From assembly GCA_964016885.1 (NCBI GenBank), contig OZ024745.1, positions 26,164,001 through 26,228,000 on the forward strand: a stretch of 64,000 nt of DNA, written 5' to 3'. The notes under the pieces are model-generated. The model had not been told where the DNA came from, made no database searches, and saw only the letters and a list, made by a program, of their open reading frames with translations. The position numbers were made by a program, and so were the translations under genes. Positions 61,243-64,000 of the stretch are shown piece by piece (the stretch's first letter is position 1; every line of letters starts with the position of its first letter). Source of the DNA: Eledone cirrhosa. Taxonomy: Eukaryota.

Positions 61243-61859
61243 TAGAAGCTGAAATGTATTTAATCGTAACTCTGATTGACGTTTTTCATTATTCGAACGT
61301 TTGGAGTAGGGATGAAGCACTACGGTATATAATTAAATATATTAGCAAACGAATTAATATATAAGGCAACCACACATCGTGATTTCACTAGAGAACTTTT
61401 TCTTCATGTAGTATGTACCGTGAGCAAGATTATTCAATGTGATTTTATAAATGTAATTTAAGAGATAACACCGAGTAACAAACAAAAAAACTTTTCTCTG
61501 TTCCTGGCTTGTAATCACTTTTTTGTGTTGCTTGGGTCCTAAATAAATAAAAAAAAAAGTGCTATTAAACAGTTAAAAGTTGGGGTTTGTAAAAATTCTA
61601 AGCTATTCACTAGAATTATTTGTATGCGGGATTTTACGTTGTATGTAAGTTTAAATTGCTTATGTTAAATGATTTTTGTTATATATGTTTCAGGTTAAAT
61701 TAAAATTATAAAATAAAGAGTAATACCTAAAGAAAATTATAAAAGTGCAATAAAGTATAAAATTGTTAAAAAGTGTAGTATTCTTTTATATTATTTAAAT
61801 ATGTATTTCCCTTTCCAATATTTATTTTGTATTGCATATCAAATTTATTTTCCAAGACA

Positions 61860-62903
61860 AGTATTCTGATGAAGAGGAGGTGGATGCTGAGGACTTGGAT
61901 TACCTGCCTGAGGTACCAGAAAAAGTTTCTCACTTCCCAAACCAAAAATAAGTCAATGACTTGGTCAGGGATATGGGTCTGACCAAATCCAATGCAGAGC
62001 TATTCATCTCCAGGATGAAGCAGTGGAACTTGGTCAAGGAGGAAGTGCAGGACAAGTCAGAGAAGTCGAGACGAACCTTTCTCTTAGGGATGGCCTTTGC
62101 TTCTGCCATGACGTGGCTGGACTGTTTGACGGTATTGGGGTGCCGTTTGTGTCCAAGGAGTGGCGGCTATTTATAGACAGCTCCACCACAAGTTTGAAGG
62201 CTGTCCTCCTCCACAATGGAAACAAGTTCCCGACACTGCCCTAGCTCATTCAGTCTGCCTGAAGGAAGATTACTACAGTGAGAAAGTCCTCTTGGAAGCT
62301 CTGCAATACAACCAGTACAATTGGTAAATCTTTGGAGACTTCAAGATGGTGGCTTTCCTGCTTGGACTCCAAGGAGGCTTTATTAAATTTCAATGCTTCC
62401 TCTGCCTTTGGGACAGCAGAACCACCTCTGACCACTACAAAAGAAAGAACTGGGAGCAGCGAACAGAATTTGTAGTTGGGGCCCGGAATGTGATGTGGGA
62501 GCCACTGGTTGATCCCAGGATTGTGCTCATGCCGCCACTACACATTAAGTTGGGGTTGATGAAGCAGTTTGTGAAGGCTCTCAACCAAGAATCAGCCGCT
62601 TTTAAGTACCTTTTTGAGTTCTTCCCAAAGTTATCTGAGGCCAAAATCAAAGGTGGAATTTTTGTTGGACATCAGATAAAGAAGGTGTTTGAGTCTACCG
62701 AGTTCTCCAATAAGCTCAATAGGATTGAGAGAACAGCATGGAACTGTTTCAAGGTAGTTGTTAAGGGCTTCCTGGGCAACTACAGAGCTGAAAACTACCA
62801 GCAACTGGTGCAGGATCTGATAAAGACTTTTGGCGCCATGGGATGCAGGATGTCGCTTAAACTCCATATGCTGGACGCTGACCTGGAAAAATTCAAGGAC
62901 AAT
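61860..62903 (+). pseudogene. DNA transposon transposase fragment, Chapaev3-like (CMC)
   Basis: [89 protein letters not shown]. Frameshifted and truncated by (TA)n. Superfamily assignment is from recalled motifs. Confidence 0.72.
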
Positions 62904-62914
62904 ATATATATGTA

Positions 62915-63045
<131 letters not shown>

Positions 63046-63779
63046 CTTTTGCTTTACATCGTTTTGAAGTCGATAAATTAAGGATGGATCTACAATTATC
63101 TTTGAAAATAGTACTCCAGCAGGGTCTGAAGCCCAACAAGTGAACAAAGCATAAATGTATGTTCGTGTGTACACCGGATGACCACCGGGGAATACAATGA
63201 CAATTTTGTATAATATAAGAACATGTTTACGGAACATTTATATTACACTCTACTTAACTCTCACTTGCCCATCTTGTACCTCTGGCCATCATAGATAATC
63301 AACCTGAACAGATGAAGCATTGTATACCCATCAGTGACTTCTGAAGCTTCATTGTGAAAATATTGTCCTCCGATATAATACTTTTGGAGAGATGATAGAT
63401 CTCTAGTGGTGCAATTATTTAAGACAAAGTCGAGTGTGTGGTAGAGCAATCAGAACGTCGGACTACATACATACCAGTGTTTAGTTAAGCACTACTAATA
63501 TCTGAGTGTCAAACGCAATAGTGTTTTCTTTGTATTTCTTTCCTCCAAGTTCCAAGGAGTATCCCGCCCTCACACTTCTCAGGAAACATATTAAATCAGT
63601 TAACACAATAATATATATCCAGTTCAAATGATATTTATCAAAGCTCTGAGAAATTAATGAATAAATGCATTGTAAATGTATTTGTAGATGAACTGGATGA
63701 ACTAATGGGACGGTTTCAGTAAAATGACATGATCAGTGAAAAAGCTACATGCAATCATCCAGTAGAAAATACTGATTCC

Positions 63780-64000
63780 ACTTGTTTTTGCACACGGGAA
63801 GCCATAAGAACAGAAATAGTTAAGACACTTGAAAAATCAAAATGATACAACAGGAAGGCAACAATGATATGTCTCCAGATATCCAGTTGTCTAGTTAAAA
63901 GGCTGAAGGAAATATACAGTTTGCAAGTAGAGAAACTTAAAGAGATTTTGACTGAACCGCAGAAAATCCCTGACTAACTCTCTGACAAGAAAACTAGGTT
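63780..64000 (+). pseudogene. Degenerate R4/Dong-like LINE RT N-terminal relic
   Basis: KRLKEIYSLQVEKLKEILTEPQKIPD*LSDKKTR resembles the 'IPxWLxxGxTxLIPK' region. Contains stops. Confidence 0.4.

Overview
AT-rich eukaryotic DNA saturated with (TA)n, (CA)n and (TACA)n microsatellites. The SINE families and composition suggest a cephalopod (Octopus-like) intron or intergenic region; this is inference. No host protein-coding gene can be supported, and almost all ORFs in the track are microsatellite translations. Real coding relics are all transposon-derived: two Penelope-like retroelements (PLEs; a 5'-truncated Neptune-like copy at 1219-2366 and a near-complete Naiad-like copy at 25075-28592), a hAT/Buster transposon with an 8-bp TSD (38445-41426), a Chapaev3-like transposase (61860-62903), RTE and R4-like LINE fragments, about 18 tRNA-derived SINEs and mariner/pogo-type MITEs. 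The most striking signal is a recurring architecture from at least 8 unrelated sequence families: a fold-back palindrome or inverted repeat, a one-sided unpaired tail, and (TA)n on both flanks. Many of these carry minimal type I hammerhead ribozyme (HHR) folds, read by eye. Some folds are atypical, with an extra purine after the core or a very long stem II. Within a family the inverted arm ends at a fixed nucleotide, and either arm can be the long one. This suggests twin priming of PLE RNA at (TA)n targets from a fixed internal site plus the RNA 3' end.
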